Shown: positions 24,838 to 38,199, counted from the first letter of the stretch. The stretch: DNA of 64,000 bases from Hemiscyllium ocellatum (GCF_020745735.1 NC_083418.1:62079776-62143775); one strand, 5' to 3'. The notes: generated from the sequence alone by a model not told the origin. Numbers and translations: made by a program.

Positions 24838-26997
24838 CAAAAATTTGTTTGAATCTTTCAAACCAGCATAGAAACTATTAACACAATGATCTACATCTGA
24901 CATTGCATTTCTGTTGCAATAGTTTGTTGGTTCCATTTTCCCCGTTACATAGTGGTAAATTCAAATGGACAGACTAAAAAAAAACACTTTTTCTGACAAA
25001 TGCTATTTGCATGTAGCATCAAGGAATATCCAAGGATGTCAACTGATGAATTTTGGCAGACATTGCTGCAGAACGTGGTTAGGGCAACTGCTGAGGTCCA
25101 GAGTGTAATGGCAGCAATGCCCATCAGCATTTGGTTAATAACTTATTTCTGGCTTTGACACGTGCTGCTGTCTTCTTCAGATGTTCCTGGAAGGACAAAG
25201 TGTGAGCTGGAGTGAAATTGGAGTATGTTGGGTTGGGATCATGCCTCAATTTCTGACCATCCCTCTAGATGTCACACTCCCTTTTGGCACTGACATTGTG
25301 GAGGTGGAATACACCAGATGAAAGTCAGGGATCACTGATTACAATGAGATACGGTTTCCAAGATTTTTTATTTGGGAGTGCACAGGTTTGTACTTGGCTC
25401 TTTCCAAAATGGCTCAGGTGACATTTGGAACTCCATGGCACAGCAAATTGGTGATGACTGATTATTTAGAGACGTTTATATACATGTATAACATTTTATT
25501 GCTTTATTGTGCTTTGGAAAGATTACATCAATACAGCAGATACACATTACTGAAATATTTTGATAATTATGTTTATAATGATTATTAATTTTCCTGCCTT
25601 CTGTAGCAAGGATGACAAAATACTTCACACAGGATGCCACAGCTGCTCTATCCCTTCTTTAGAGAAAAGACACCCCAACCAGGATTGTTCAAAACTATCC
25701 ATCAATTTTTTTTCCTATCTTACTCTGACATTGACCACATGAGCTGTTGTTCTCTTTTCCTTTGTGCCCTTTTGAGCAACACTGCTAATTTAAGCAACTG
25801 CATGTTATGAAAGCCATAATGGAATTTGCCTGTATTTACTATTAGACATGTGGGCATGAAGTCTGTGTTCCAACTTTCATGAATTATTAAAAACTGTGGC
25901 TGAAATGACCTTCTCATTGTTGCACAATAACAAAGTAGAATATGATGGATATTGCATCTATAAGGACACTAGATGCAGAAATAATGGATATGAGTTGTTA
26001 AAAAGAAATTATGTTAGCAAATTGTCAGTATCCAAATTAAAGTTGCACATTAACTTTCCTAGTAACTAATATTTAAAATCATTTGTTTGGTTCTTACAGT
26101 ATGCAAGAGTTATTATTTGTAATATGACTGACAAATCAGCAGCAAATACCAATTATACATCTGTTTTGTAAATAATATTTAACAAATTGATTAAGGATTA
26201 ACATAAAGTTTGACATATTAATTAGGAAAAATCATCTGGATTAGGATTTACTGGAAATTAGGAACTTTCATTAAGACTTAATTTTGTTATCTCAGAAGAG
26301 CAAGGCAAATGCAAATATTTATGATTAAAACAGACATGAAAAATGAACTGACGATCACTGGAGTTTGCTCTTGAATACTTCTAGAAGCTGCTACATAGGA
26401 ATATTGACCAAAGTCTTTCCGACTTTGGATAGGAACTACTATGCAGTGTAACATTGGACTGGTTGAGGTAGCAGAACTATAGTGACTCAAAACAAAGGGA
26501 AATTCTATATCTGGGATAAAGGGTTGCAGGTCTATCGGTTCAGACCAGGTGCACCACACTAAAGGTTCCCTAGTCCCATATCATAGATTCAAACATCTTT
26601 TGCTATTCATCAATTACTTTCCTGATACCATAAGGTGAGACATTATTTGTTGATTATAATTGAAGTTAAACGTTTTGGAATAATTCTTCAGGGACTGAAA
26701 CAGTCCTTGCCCACATACAGAAAAACATGGACACCCATCCAAGGTTGGTCTGATAAATTACAATTCACATCACACAATTGCTGGGTAATGGTCACTGTTA
26801 CAGCCAGGTGAGAAAGACCAGCTTCCTTTTTCCAACTTTTAGTCACGATCCTAATTTTTTTTTTAAGAAGGATGCTGTTCTTCCCCCCAAATAAAATATA
26901 ATTAATTAATTTCTACAATAGCAGTAAGGGCCAAGCACAAGGCTTTCTAGAGTAAAACAAAATGTAATTGTATTACCTGTTAGCGTGAGAAAAATAA

Positions 26998-27508
26998 GAC
27001 AATAGACAATAGGTACAGGAGTAGGCCATTGAGCCCTTCGAGCCTGCACCGCCATTCAATATGATCATGGCTGATCATTCCTAATCAGTATCCGCTCCCT
27101 GCCTTATCTCCATAACCCTCGATTCCACTATCTTTGAGAGCTCTATCCAACTCTTTCTTAAATGAATTCAGAGACTGGGCTTCCACTGTCCTCTGGGGCA
27201 GAGCATAGTGGGCGGCATGGTGGCACAGTGGCGCAGTGGTTAGCACTGCTGCCTCACAGAGACCGGGGTTCAATTCCCGCCTCAGACGACTGACTGTGTG
27301 GAGTTTGCACGTTCTCCCCGTGTCTGCATGGGTTTCCTCCGGGTGCTCCGGTTTCCTCCCACAGTCCAAAGATGTGCGGGTCAGGTGAATTGGCCATGCT
27401 AAATTGCCCGTAGTGTTAGGTAAGGGGTATGGGTGGGTTGCACTTCGGCGGGTCGGTGTGGACTTGTTGGGCCGTAGTGCCTGTTTCCACACTGCAAGTA
27501 ATCTAATC
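26998..27508. mobile_element. Chimeric insertion: CR1 3' end (-, about 26998-27207) joined to HE1 SINE (+, about 27210-27508), 33-bp TSD
   Basis: TAATTGTATTACCTGTTAGCGTGAGAAAAATAA at 26965-26997 and 27509-27541. A (gacaata) tail at the left end and an (aatct) tail at the right end. Confidence 0.88.
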
Positions 27509-27744
27509 TAATTGTATTACCTGTTAGCGTGAGAAAAATAATAAAGACATGGTATTAAGGGTAAGGTTATTATTAATTAAACTTATTCAAGTCTAAATAC
27601 TAGTCTTAGATCCAATGCCCTGGAAATAAATGCAAAATTAAATCAAACTATAATCATTGCTCTCTAGGGATATGGTCACTATGAGATTATTAATTAATCA
27701 GACCTTGATTTTACAGCACCATCCTATATTTGGGATAAAACCTA

Positions 27745-27970
27745 ATAAAGAACTGTAGATGCTGGAAATCTGAAACAAAAACAGAAATTGGTGGGGAAAC
27801 TCAGCCAGTCTGGCAGCACCAGTGGAGAAAAAGCAGAGTCAATATTTTGAGTTCCATGACCCTTTTTCAGAGAGCATGAGTCACTGAACTTGAAAGATTG
27901 ACGCAGTTTTCTCTCCACAGATGCTGCCAGACCTGCTGAGTTTCTCCAGAAATTTCTGTTTATGTTTCTG
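27745..27970. mobile_element. Older inverted PLE-terminus pair (family 3)
   Basis: gatgctggaaatctgaaacaaaaacagaaatt...tctggcagca versus tgctgccagacctgctgagtttctccagaaatttctgttt. Confidence 0.7.
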
Positions 27971-28845
27971 TATTTGAAGTGGTTTATCCCTTGTCCCAAG
28001 TTGTCTGTTTCCAGAACTTTCTCCATACTCTTGAACTTTAGAGATTGTCTATGATCATCGTGGTGATGATCTTTGACTCTCATGCTGGGTAGTAACAATG
28101 CATATGCACATTTCTATCCTCTTGGTATTTTACACCTATAGCCTCTCAGCAACCTCCTGGGCTTGACATGTTGGTAATTCCAGCCACTCTCCAAGTCCTG
28201 GTCTCACAGGTTCAGTACTCCCATCTCCAGCTTCAGCAGCAATCTGGACTCCAACATCAGGGAAGTGCCCCTTAATCTTCTCGCTGAGAACTCATCGCTC
28301 TGCTGCTTGAATTGAAAATTCCAAATAGTTCTAGAAAGACAAACCTAAAGGAAGATATATATGGAGTAGGCCATTCCACCCATCCAGCTGCAGCACAGCT
28401 GATTTTGGGCTTCAATTGCTCTTGGATACATTTTGATTTTTCTTTCAATCTGCAATATTCAATTTTCTTCTGCATTTTAAAGCACTGAAGTAAATTGTTC
28501 TTATCTTCTAAGCAGACTTTTTTTTGTAATGTTGAGCTAACAGTCCAATGTGACCCAGCAGGACTCAACCCATCCCAGCCCTGCAGACCCATTTTTGTGC
28601 AGCCCAGCCCTGACCAATCCAGCCCCATGTGGAGATAGTGAGGACTGCACATGCTGGATAGTCAGAGTCAATAAAATGTGGAGCTGGAAAAGGCACAGCA
28701 GGTCAGGCAGATTAGTTGGCTCAGCCTGAACCAATGGCTACCCTGCTCATCCCAAGCCAGCCCTCCCTGACCCACCCTAGCCCCATACAACATGGCCCAG
28801 CCTCGTCAAGGTGAACATCATGTGGTTTGGCCCAATAAAACCCTA

Positions 28846-29046
28846 GAGGAGAAAGTGAGAACTGCAGATGCTGGAGTATCAGAGCTGAAAATGTGTTGCT
28901 GGAAAAGTGCAGCAGGTCAGGCTGCATCCAAGGAACAGGGAATTCGACGTTTTGGGCATAAGCCCTTCATCAGGAATGGTGGAGGGCTTATGCCCGAAAC
29001 ATCGAATCTCCTGTTCCTTGGATGCTGCCTGACCTGCTGCGCTTTT
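28846..29046. mobile_element. Palindromic PLE-terminus insertion with 14-bp TSD
   Basis: CCAATAAAACCCTA at 28832-28845 and 29047-29060; inverted arms meet at about 28975-28983. Confidence 0.9.
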
Positions 29047-29171
29047 CCAATAAAACCCTACCAAGACAAACAACTCCTGAGTTCCATGTAATCGTTTACA
29101 TCTGTCGGAGACTGCAAATGGGTCCTTGGTTTAACCTCACATCTACAAGATGGCAACTTGGTGCAAGACTA

Positions 29172-29209
29172 AGTTCTGATGAAGAGTCACTGGACTTGAA
29201 ACATTAACT
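29172..29209 (+). ncRNA. Minimal hammerhead ribozyme motif (PLE family 3)
   Basis: AGTT-CTGATGA-A-GAGTC-actg-GACTT-GAAA-C-ATT-AACT: stem I AGTT/AACT and stem II GAGTC/GACTT. Confidence 0.75.
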
Positions 29210-29433
29210 GTTTTCTTCCCACAGTGCCTGCTAATCTGCTGAATTTCACCAGCAATTCCTGGTTTTGTACAAGACTTCAACATGTCAGCCTTGGAACTGA
29301 TATACAATCCAATCTGATTTGAATTGAGAAACCTTGGTCCAGAGACCTCACTGTTTCATGACAGACTGTATAAATTTAACCCCATTTGGCTATCTCAATT
29401 GCAACTGAATCCTAGTCAGGCAGATCACATTTT

Positions 29434-29742
29434 AGATTAGATTAGATTACCTACAGTGTGGAAACAGGCCCTTTGGCCCAACCAGTCCACACCGACCCTC
29501 TGAAGAGTAGCTCACCCAGACCCATGTCCCTCTGACTATTGTACTTAACACTATGGGCAATTTAGCATGGCCAATTCACCTGATCTGCACATCTTTGGAC
29601 TGTGGGAAGAAACCGGAGCACCCGGAGGAAACCCATGCAGACACAGGGAGAATGTGCAAACTCCACACAGACAGTTGCCTAGGGCTGGAATTGAACCTGG
29701 GATCCTGGTGCTGTGAGGCAACAGTACTAACCACTGAGCCAG
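29434..29742 (-). mobile_element. HE1-type V-SINE
   Basis: Same consensus as 7768-8065; (ttaga)n tail. Confidence 0.92.
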
Positions 29743-29784
29743 GTGTAGAGTATTGTTCTTTCCCACGAACAAAATTCAGGAATT

Positions 29785-30545
29785 ATAGAGTCATACAGCA
29801 TGGAAACAGGTCCTTCAGTCTAACCAGTCCGTGCCAAACTGAATTCCAACTAAGCTAGTCCTATCTATCTGCTTCTGGCCCATGTCCCTCTAAACCTTTC
29901 CTTTTCACTTACTTATCAAACTGCCTTTCAAACATTGTCAATGTGCCCACATCCCCCACTTACTCAGGTAGTCATTCCATTCCAGGGGAGGGGCCAGCAT
30001 GGTGGCTCAGTGGTTAGCACTGCTACCTCACAGCGCTAGGGACCCAGGTTTGATTCCAACATCAGGTCTGCGTGGAGTTTGCACATTCTCCCCACACTGC
30101 ATGGGTTTCCTCCGGGTGCTCCGGTTTCCTCCCACAATCCAAAGATGTGCAGGTCATTTGAATTGGCCATGCTAAATTGTCCAGGGATGTGTAGGTTAGA
30201 TGCATTGTGTATTATGTAATACGGGGTTTAAATATAGGACAATAGGGTAGGGGAATGGGTCTGGGTGGGTTAATCTTAGGAAGGCTGATGTGGTCTTGTT
30301 GGGCCGAAGGGCCTGTTTCCACACTGTGGGGATTCCATGATTCACACGCGAACCATCCTCAGTGTAAAAACAACCTCTCACGTCTTTTTAAAACCTCTCT
30401 CCTCCCACCTTAAAAAAATACTCCCTAGCCTTGAAATCCCCCATCCCAGAGAAAATACACCACATCTATGTCCCCATGGTTTTATAAACCTCTAGAAGGT
30501 CACCTCGCATCCTCCTACATTGCAGTGTAGAATGTCCCAGCCCGT
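29785..30545 (-). mobile_element. CR1 3' fragment interrupted by an HE1 SINE (+, about 29993-30332)
   Basis: atagagtcatacagcatggaaacagg CR1 end. SINE head ggtggctcagtggttagcactgct...gggacccaggtttgattcc carries A/B boxes. Confidence 0.85.
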
Positions 30546-31095
30546 TCACGTCAGGTTTGAAGAAACGCAGAAGATAAACCCTGGACAGACCTGTGAAACA
30601 GCGGAGTAAAGTTAGCATAAACTCTGCCTGCCAGCAGCCAGAAATACTCGGAGCAAATCAGACGGAAAACAACCCACCCTTAATATACTGAACCAATGAG
30701 CTGAGCGAGACAGGAGGGCGTTCTCCTGCTGGTTGGGAATGTTATCTCCCTGAATGGAAAGATCCCACAGGAGTTTGATTCCAAACAGGTGCAACGTGTG
30801 CCCACTGACCGGAGACTGTTTCAACTCTCACAGGGAACGTGTTCCGGGTAAATATGAGTTTGTGGGGCGGGCTTAGGTTCGTCCCTCAGCTAATGACAGT
30901 GGGAGCTGTCCCTGGGAGCTGTTCCCGGCCGCGTGTTTACAACTTCAGTTCCACTTTGTGGTAAACAGGGCTGCAGGGAGCGAGGGGAGCGAAGGGGCAA
31001 GTGCGGATCAGACCCGTTCCCCAGGGAATAATCAGCTTTCCTTTGGTATTGATGCAGGCGGGGAACTGGAACAAGACAGAGTCTCGGTAAGGGCA
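30545..31095 (+). promoter_or_regulatory. CpG-enriched unique segment; probable promoter/first non-coding exon of the SPSB3-like gene
   Basis: Local CpG enrichment, CRE-like CACGTCA (30547), CCAAT (about 30693), GGGCGG (about 30866), candidate donors at 30961 and 31087. Assignment to the gene is inference. Confidence 0.5.
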
Positions 31096-32547
31096 CTGAT
31101 CGTATGCCACAAAGATGGGGAAGTGTAGGCATCAATCCCAGTGAATACCAGAAACTAGGAGTTCACAACGTTCTCTGAATGATCTAAACAATTCCCCTTC
31201 CTCCCCATCCTAACTGCAAGTATCTGCAATTCCAATAAACTGACAGCTGTATCACAGTGACTGCACTAAACGGTAGGTCAAACCCTCAGATTCGCTGAGA
31301 GTGTGTTGTGACCACGATAAATAAATCAACCCCTTCTCACAGCACAGATACCTCAGGTTTCAGCTTTGGCTGCTTTTTCTGATCTGCTCCACTATCTGCA
31401 TATCCCTGTTATGTTGCAGTCACCACATTTATACATAGCTTTCTGTGTGTGGCCAGACCATTTTTACACATTATTTACGCCTCTTTAATATTTGGAGCCA
31501 ATTTCCGCCATTTCACTGTGTTAAAGGCGCCAACAACAACCCTTTTCACTTACATTGTGCCCTTAACAGTAAAATTTGCGCATTTTATCAAATAAAATCT
31601 GAAAGTTTGTGGGCAACTGGGCAACTGACAAAACGCTATGGCAAAATAACAGTTTAAAGGAAAATGTTAGAGGAGGAGGAATGGGAAGGGGAGGTGGAGA
31701 AAGTTTGAGAGAGAATTTCAAGAGTTTGAGGATCTGGTAGGTGACAGCATGGACATGACAGATGAAGCGATTAAAATCAGACAAGGTTTATAAGAGGGTT
31801 ATGTTTTGTGACTGTCCCTTTTTTAACTGCTGTTACGGATACACAGCATTGTCTTTCAACATAATTATACTGACTTTTTCATGCAACCTAACGTTCACAA
31901 TATCTGTCACACCAGCGTCTCTTTCTGTTTAATGAACCAACACGATCACCTCCACCATTAATATCCCATTCTAAAATGCCCTTACAACCTTTAGCGCTCA
32001 CTATTCCTAACAACCAGACAGCCAGGCATCATTGCTACCCGAGTAGCTGTTTCCTTCATGTAGCTGATTGCCTATAGCCTTGAAGACGCAGCCCAGTCTG
32101 GGCTCTCTCACTCACATTATTTAGTGCTATCGTGGGCAACACTGTGTACATTCATAATTGTGGGCTTCCAGAAACGGTTAGGATACACAGTCCTCTGTAC
32201 GGTGGGAGTGTAACTGTTGTGGAGGCACTCAAATGTGAATCATCATTTGGAGCTTTGCTGGTGCCCTGCCTTGCTGGTGCCCTGCAGCAGAGGCTGTTTC
32301 TAGTTTGAGAGTGATCTGGTTTAGTGTCAGATGGTAGTCATAGATCCAGATCTAGTGGATGAATTAAAGGACAGAGTTTTCACTGGAGATCAAAGAAAAT
32401 GGCTGGGCTTTCCCAACATCTGATTAGTGGAAATTTCTGCTCACCCAATCGAAAGTGTTGGACATGCAGCTTGACAGAGTAAAGGCAATGATGGGAGTAA
32501 GAGATGTATGTTTAGATAGAACTGAGTGTCATCAGAGTACATGTTAT

Positions 32548-33358
32548 GTTGCAGGTTGCAGGGAGACTTGGGTAAACTGCAGAATTGGGCTGAAAGGTGG
32601 AAAGAATAACAGGAAGGCAGAATACTGGGTCAATGGAAAGATTCTTGGTAGTGTGGATGTGAAGAGGGATCTTGGTGTCCATGTACATAGATTCCTCAAA
32701 GTTGCCACCCAGATTGATAGTACTGTTAAGAAGGCATACGGTGTATTAGGTTTCATTGGTAGAGGGATTGAGTTCCGGAGCCGTGATGTCATGCTGCATC
32801 TGTACAAAACGCTAGTGCGGCCTCACTTGGAGAATTGTGTGCAGTTCTGGTCGCCATATTTCGGGAAGGATATGGAAGCATTGGAAAAGGTGCAGAGGAG
32901 ATTTACCAGGATGTTGCCTGGTCTGGAGGGAAGGTCTTAAGAGGAAAGGGTGAGGGACTTGCGTCTGTTCTCATTGGAAAGACGAAGGCTAAGAAGGGAT
33001 TTAATAGAGACATACAAGATGATCAGAGGATTAGATAGGGTGGACAGTGAGAGTCTTTTTCCTAGGATGATGACATCTGCTTGTAGGAGAGGGCACAGCT
33101 GCAAATTGAGGGGTGATAGATAGATTTAAGATGGATGTCAGAGGCAGGTTCTTTACCCAGACAGTAGTAAGGGTGTGGAATGCCCTGCCTACCAATGTAG
33201 TTAACTCAGCCAGATTAGGGGCATTTCAACAGTCCTTGGATAAGTATATGGATGATGATGGGATAGTGTCGCGTGATGGGCTTAAGATTAGTTCACAGGT
33301 TCGCGCAACATCCAGGTCCGAAGGGCCTGCTCTGCGCTGTATTGTTCTGTGTTCTAGG
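32548..33358 (+). mobile_element. CR1 LINE 3' part
   Basis: RDLGVHVHR.LKVA...LYKTLVRPHLE.CVQFWSP...LEKVQRRFTRMLPG, plus 3' UTR and tail. Confidence 0.93.
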
Positions 33359-33399
33359 AACTAGCTCTGGTATTGGCCATCCTTTTTCAATAGTCAATC

Positions 33400-35900
33400 A
33401 ACTTCAGCTACTTACCACCGATGGAGACAATAACATCTATTACATATTAAAAAAAAGTGGATAAAAGTTAGCCAAAAAACAACAAATCCCTACCTCTCAC
33501 TCAATGCCATGAGAAAATTTCTTGAATATATAGTTCATACTCAGGTTTTGCAGCACTTTGAGGCTTACAATCTGCAGTAGTCAGCAGGTTTTCAGTTTTC
33601 ATAGAGTTTATGACTTAATGTCAGGTGTCTAAATGTACAAGACCCCTCATATGGCAGTACAAGCTTTCTCAAAGCCTTTGACAAAGTCCCTCATGAGAAA
33701 CTCTTAGTCAAACATCTCCATATGGAATTTGTGGGCATAGCTGGACTTCCTTACCAACAGAAGTTAACGATGGGGAATCACCCTCTCCTGAAGATATTGT
33801 CTCCAGAGTGAACCAGGGAACCGTGTTGAGATCCAATCCCTCTACACCTCTATCCGCCATGACCAGGGACTCCAAGCCCTCCGTTTTTTCCTCTCCAGAT
33901 GTCCCCAACAGTACCTTTCCACCGACACTCTCATTTGTTTGGCCGAACTGGTCCTCACCCTTAACAATTTCTCTTTCGAATCCTCCCACTTCCTCCAGAC
34001 CAAAGGGGTAGCCATGGGCACACGTATGGGCCCCAGCTATGCCTGTCTCTTTGTTGGCTATGTAGAACAGTCGATCTTCCGTAATTACACCGGCATCACT
34101 CCCCACCTCTTCCTCTGCTACATTGATGATTGCATTGGCGCCACCTCATGCAATTCATCAACTTCACCAACACATTCCACCCTGACCTTAAATTTACCTG
34201 GACCATCTCTGACACCTCCCTCCCCTTCCTGGACCTCTCCATCTCCATTAATGATGACCGACTTGACATTGACATTTTTTACAAACCTACCGACTCCCAC
34301 AGCTACCTGGATTACACCTTTTCCCACCCTACCTCTTGCAAAAATGCCATCCCGTATTCCCAATTCCTCTACCTCCGCCGTATCTGCTCCCAGGAGGACC
34401 AGTTCCACCACAGAACACACCAGATGGCCTCCTTCTTTAGAGACCACAATTTCCCTTCCCACGTGGTTAAAGATGCCCTCCAATGCATCTCATCCATATC
34501 CCGCACCTCCGCCCTCAGACCCCACCCCTCCGACTGTAACAAGGACAGTGCTCACCTTCCACCCTACCAGCCTTCGCATAAACCAAATCATCCGCCGACA
34601 TTTCCGCCACCTCCAAAAAGACCCCACCACCAGGGATATATTTTCCTCCCCACCCCTTTCTGCCTTCTGCAAAGACTGTTCCCTCTGTGACTATCTGGTC
34701 AGGTCCACGCCCCCCCTACAACCCACCCTCCCATCCTGCACCTTCCCCTGCCACCGCAGGAACTGTAAAACCTGTGCCCACACTTCCTCCCTCACCTCTA
34801 TCCAAGGCCCTAAAGGAGCCTTGCACATCCATCAACGTTTTACCTGCACATCCACTAATATCATTTATTGTATCTATTGCTCCCGATGTGGTCTCCTGGG
34901 CATTGGGGAGACTGGGCGCCTCCTAACAGAGTGCTTTAGGGAACATCTCCCGGGACACCCGCACCAATCAACCACACCGCCCCGTGGCCCAACATTTCAA
35001 CTTACCCTCCCACTCTGCCGAGGACATGGAGGTCTTGGGCCTCCTTCACTGCCGCTCCCTCACCACCAGACGCCTGGAGGAAGAATGCCTCATCTTCCGC
35101 CTCGGAACACTTCAATCCCAGGGCATCAATGTGGACTTCAACAGTTTCCTCATTTCCCCTTCCCTCACCTCACCCTAGTTCCAAACTTCCAGCTCAGCAT
35201 TGTCCCCATGACTTGTCTGGACTTGTCCTACCTGCCTAGCTCCTTCTCCACCTATCCACTCCACCCTCTCCTCCCTGACCTATCACCTTCATCCCCTCCC
35301 CCACTCACTTATTGCACTCTATGCTACTTTCTCCCCACCCCCACCCTCCTCTAGCTTATCTCTCCATGCTTCAGGCTCACTGCCTTTATTCCTGATGAAG
35401 GGCTTTTGCCCGAACATCGACTTCACTGTTCCTTGGATGCTGCCTGAACTGCTGTGCTCTTCCAGCACCACTAATCCAGAATCTGGTTTCTAGCGTCTGC
35501 AGTCATTGTTTTTACCCTGTATAAAAGACCTTCCCCACAAGTGGAAAAAAACAAAGTATGACTGCATACAGATGACACATCAGGATCAAAACTCAAAGTC
35601 CAATCAATACACTGCAAGATGATCTTCTAGAATTGCAGAAATAGCAATGAGTGATAGCATTCAGTACCAAATAAAGCTATGTGACGTGCATTACCATGTA
35701 AAAGATTCACTAGCAGATAGCCTTACATTCTGTCATCTAGTTTTCTCAGGTAGATACAAAACCATACCTTAAAAACAATCTTTATTGGGGATTCCACATT
35801 TAACAGTTAATACCCAAAGCAAACTGAGTTCTTGGATGTTTGCAGGAATGCCTTTTGCTAAATAGAATTGCAGCATATCAAAGGTTTGTTTGTTCATTCA
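33400..35900 (+). mobile_element. Ancient CR1/L2-like LINE RT remnant split by the PLE at 33829-35515
   Basis: FSKAFDKVPHEKL (about 33666-33704) and a QGTVL-like motif (about 33813-33827) before the PLE; YI.DLP and ..DDT remnants resume at about 35519-35578. Confidence 0.55.
33829..35515 (+). mobile_element. Penelope-like retroelement (RT + GIY-YIG endonuclease, Neptune-like CCHH), 5'-truncated and frameshifted
   Basis: IQSLYTSI, QTKGVAMGTRMGPSYA, YIDD, FLDL, FYKPTDSHSYL, PCHRRNCKTC, IIYCIYCSRCGLLGIGETGR, AQHFNLPSH. Terminal hammerhead at 35392 has a 1-nt deletion in GAAA. Confidence 0.95.
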
Positions 35901-36201
35901 ATCTTGGAGTGTGCATGTTGTATGTGGAGAGAGATATAAGGTTGAAGTTACTGAATATGTACTGCTTAATTCTGCATGAAATCATGAAGAGAAATATACC
36001 AGAGTCACATCTATCAGTAAATATGGGAATTGTTACAGCGAGGGAGGGGAAAGAAATTGACTGACCATGGTCTATAAAGCATGGAATGGATTGGTGGGAT
36101 TTGGCACATACATGTACCTGGTGCCCTCTGGTGGTGACAATGTAAGGTTGCCATCCACACAAACTAGAAAGACCATCTTTTCAAGACAGTATATATAGGT
36201 A

Positions 36202-36420
36202 GCTGAAAATGTGTTGCTGGTCAAAGCACAGCAGGCCAGGCAGCATCTCAGGAATAGGGAATTCGACGTTTCGAGCATAAGCCCTTCATCCTGATGAAGG
36301 GCTTATGCTCGAAACATCGAATTCCCTATTCCTGAGATGCTGCCTGGCCTGCTGTGCTTTGACCAGCAACACATTTTCAGCTGTGACCTCCAGCATCTGC
36401 AGACCTCATTTTTTACTCGA
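36202..36420. mobile_element. Palindromic PLE-terminus insertion with 14-bp TSD
   Basis: AGTATATATAGGTA at 36188-36201 and 36421-36434; near-perfect inverted arms centred at about 36291. Confidence 0.92.
36286..36323 (+). ncRNA. Minimal hammerhead ribozyme motif
   Basis: CTGATGA(36291)-A-GGGC-ttat-GCTC-GAAA-C-ATC-gaatt. Confidence 0.7.
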
Positions 36421-37334
36421 AGTATATATAGGTACTTCACTGGCATGGAATGATGGGCCAAAAGGTCTCTGTCTGTGCTGTAATACACTGTGACTGTATG
36501 ACGTTGTATTCTTACATTGATGCTTTTTATTTAATTTTGCTGGTCAACTTCAATTTTGTAGGATGGTTGACAAAGACATTTATTTCAAGCTTTGTAAAGC
36601 TACTTGGGACAGTTCATATAAAAGAGATCAGTGAATGTTCACTGTGGACATTTCAGATTTTCTTTAGCAAGGGTTCCATGAAATCATATGACTGGTGATA
36701 ACTGCTTATTTTGCTGTTGATCCTGCTCAGGCTGTTTTGAACAGTGACTGCTTTGGTGAGATTCTTGTCCTATTTGGTTCATTTGAAGGAAAGCTTGCGA
36801 AGGCGTGGTGAGTTGGAGGAATGCTTGCTGTGAATGAGCTGCCCAGCTGATCTCTCCCATTTCCAAAATTAGAACATTTCCAGGAATAATTTTGCGTCTG
36901 CTGCAAGTGAAACCTACTTGCATTTTTGAAGAAGCGATTGAAAGAATAATCTAACACTGTATTTCCTGAGCAAGTTGTATCTGCAAGATTTCAGATATTA
37001 TCATACATGATTAGCAACATGACCGTGTGTCAGAACATCAAAGTACTGGACTCTGGAACATTCTATGCTTTACTCTTCTGCTTTTAAGAATAACCTTTTG
37101 GCCAAATTGCTTTTTCCAGAAAGCCAATCTCTGTAGAGAATTTTTTGTCTCTTTTTCTGAAGTTTGTGTGTGCAATTTTGCGTGTGTATTTGGAATATTT
37201 AGAGGATGAAGTATTTATACTTCTGTATCGCTGATTTTATGTATGTTAACCAAATATTGCATGTTTATTGAATAAGCTTTGTTTTGATAATAAACTGATA
37301 ATTCTATTTATTAAAAATCTAGTTGATATTGATA

Positions 37335-37580
37335 AGAAAATAAAAGCAGACAGTGCTAGAGAAACCCAGCATGATTCGCTGAGGTCATTCTTACAAAGAA
37401 TGAGATTATGAAAAAAATGTAACAGTGTTAACATTTCAAGTCTGAAGAAGAATCCTATTGGATTGAAAACATTTACTTTGTTTCTCTCTGGACATGTGTC
37501 ACCAGACCTGCTGAATTTCTCCAGCACTTCCTGTTTTTATTTCAGCTCCCCACCATCTGCAGTACTTCAGTTTTATATAG
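37335..37580. mobile_element. Older inverted PLE-terminus pair with a captured 32-bp inverted local sequence
   Basis: Arms aaataaaagcagacagtgctagagaaacccagca and tgctgaatttctccagcacttcctgtttttattt. 37369-37400 is the reverse complement of 37943-37974. Confidence 0.7.
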
Positions 37581-37747
37581 ATAAGTTACCTTGATAATTA
37601 GAATAAATACTTTTATGTTGTGACTAATGAGGTAGTGGGTCTAGAGCAACAGTGAACTTTTCCAGCCTTGTTGATGATAGTATTAACAGGCTTTCTTCGC
37701 AACAGCAATGCCACAATAGAACAAGGTGCCAAAGTAAATGTATACAG

Positions 37748-37873
37748 CTGAAGAAGGGCTTAAGCCCGAAACATCGATTCTCCTGCTCCTTGAATGCTGC
37801 CTGGCCTGCTGTGTTTTTCCAGCACCACATTTCTCAACTCTGGTCTCCAGCATCTGCAGTCCTCACTTTCTCT
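37748..37873 (+). mobile_element. Short PLE-terminus insertion starting exactly at a hammerhead core, 14-bp TSD (1 mismatch)
   Basis: CTGAAGA-A-GGGC-ttaa-GCCC-GAAA-C-ATC; TAAATGTATACAGC (37735-37748) and TAAATATATACAGC (37874-37887). Confidence 0.85.
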
Positions 37874-38199
37874 TAAATATATACAGCCCCAAGATTTGAA
37901 ATCTTCAAGACCCTTCTCCAGATTATTTCCATTTGTAAAATTTTCTTTGTAAGAATGACCTCAGCAAATCATGCCTGGTTCAGCTTGTGCTACATATATA
38001 AATGTTGTTAGGATGTGGATATTAGTCTGTATTGCTGACCCATTAAAGCAGAAACAGAAGTGACGAGGCATTGGATAAGATTCATGTGATTATTGCAGAA
38101 CAAGAAGTTAATGGAAATCAGTCAGTGATGTAACTGAAGGTACAATCACAACATAAACAGAGGTCTTGTGAGAAGAATACATAGGGGGAAATGGCACTG

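Noticed and set aside
27215-27290. tRNA gene (also at about 29995 and 59130)
   Set aside because: A/B-box heads of HE1 SINEs, continuing into the V-domain body; no complete cloverleaf.
33939-35354. 471-aa ORF as an intact gene
   Set aside because: It is a mosaic of in-frame and off-frame pieces of a frameshifted PLE; YIG is mutated to GIG and the 5' part of RT is missing.
36668-36807. Possible additional SPSB3-like exon
   Set aside because: Plausible splice signals only; no homology and no transcript evidence, so not listed as a feature.
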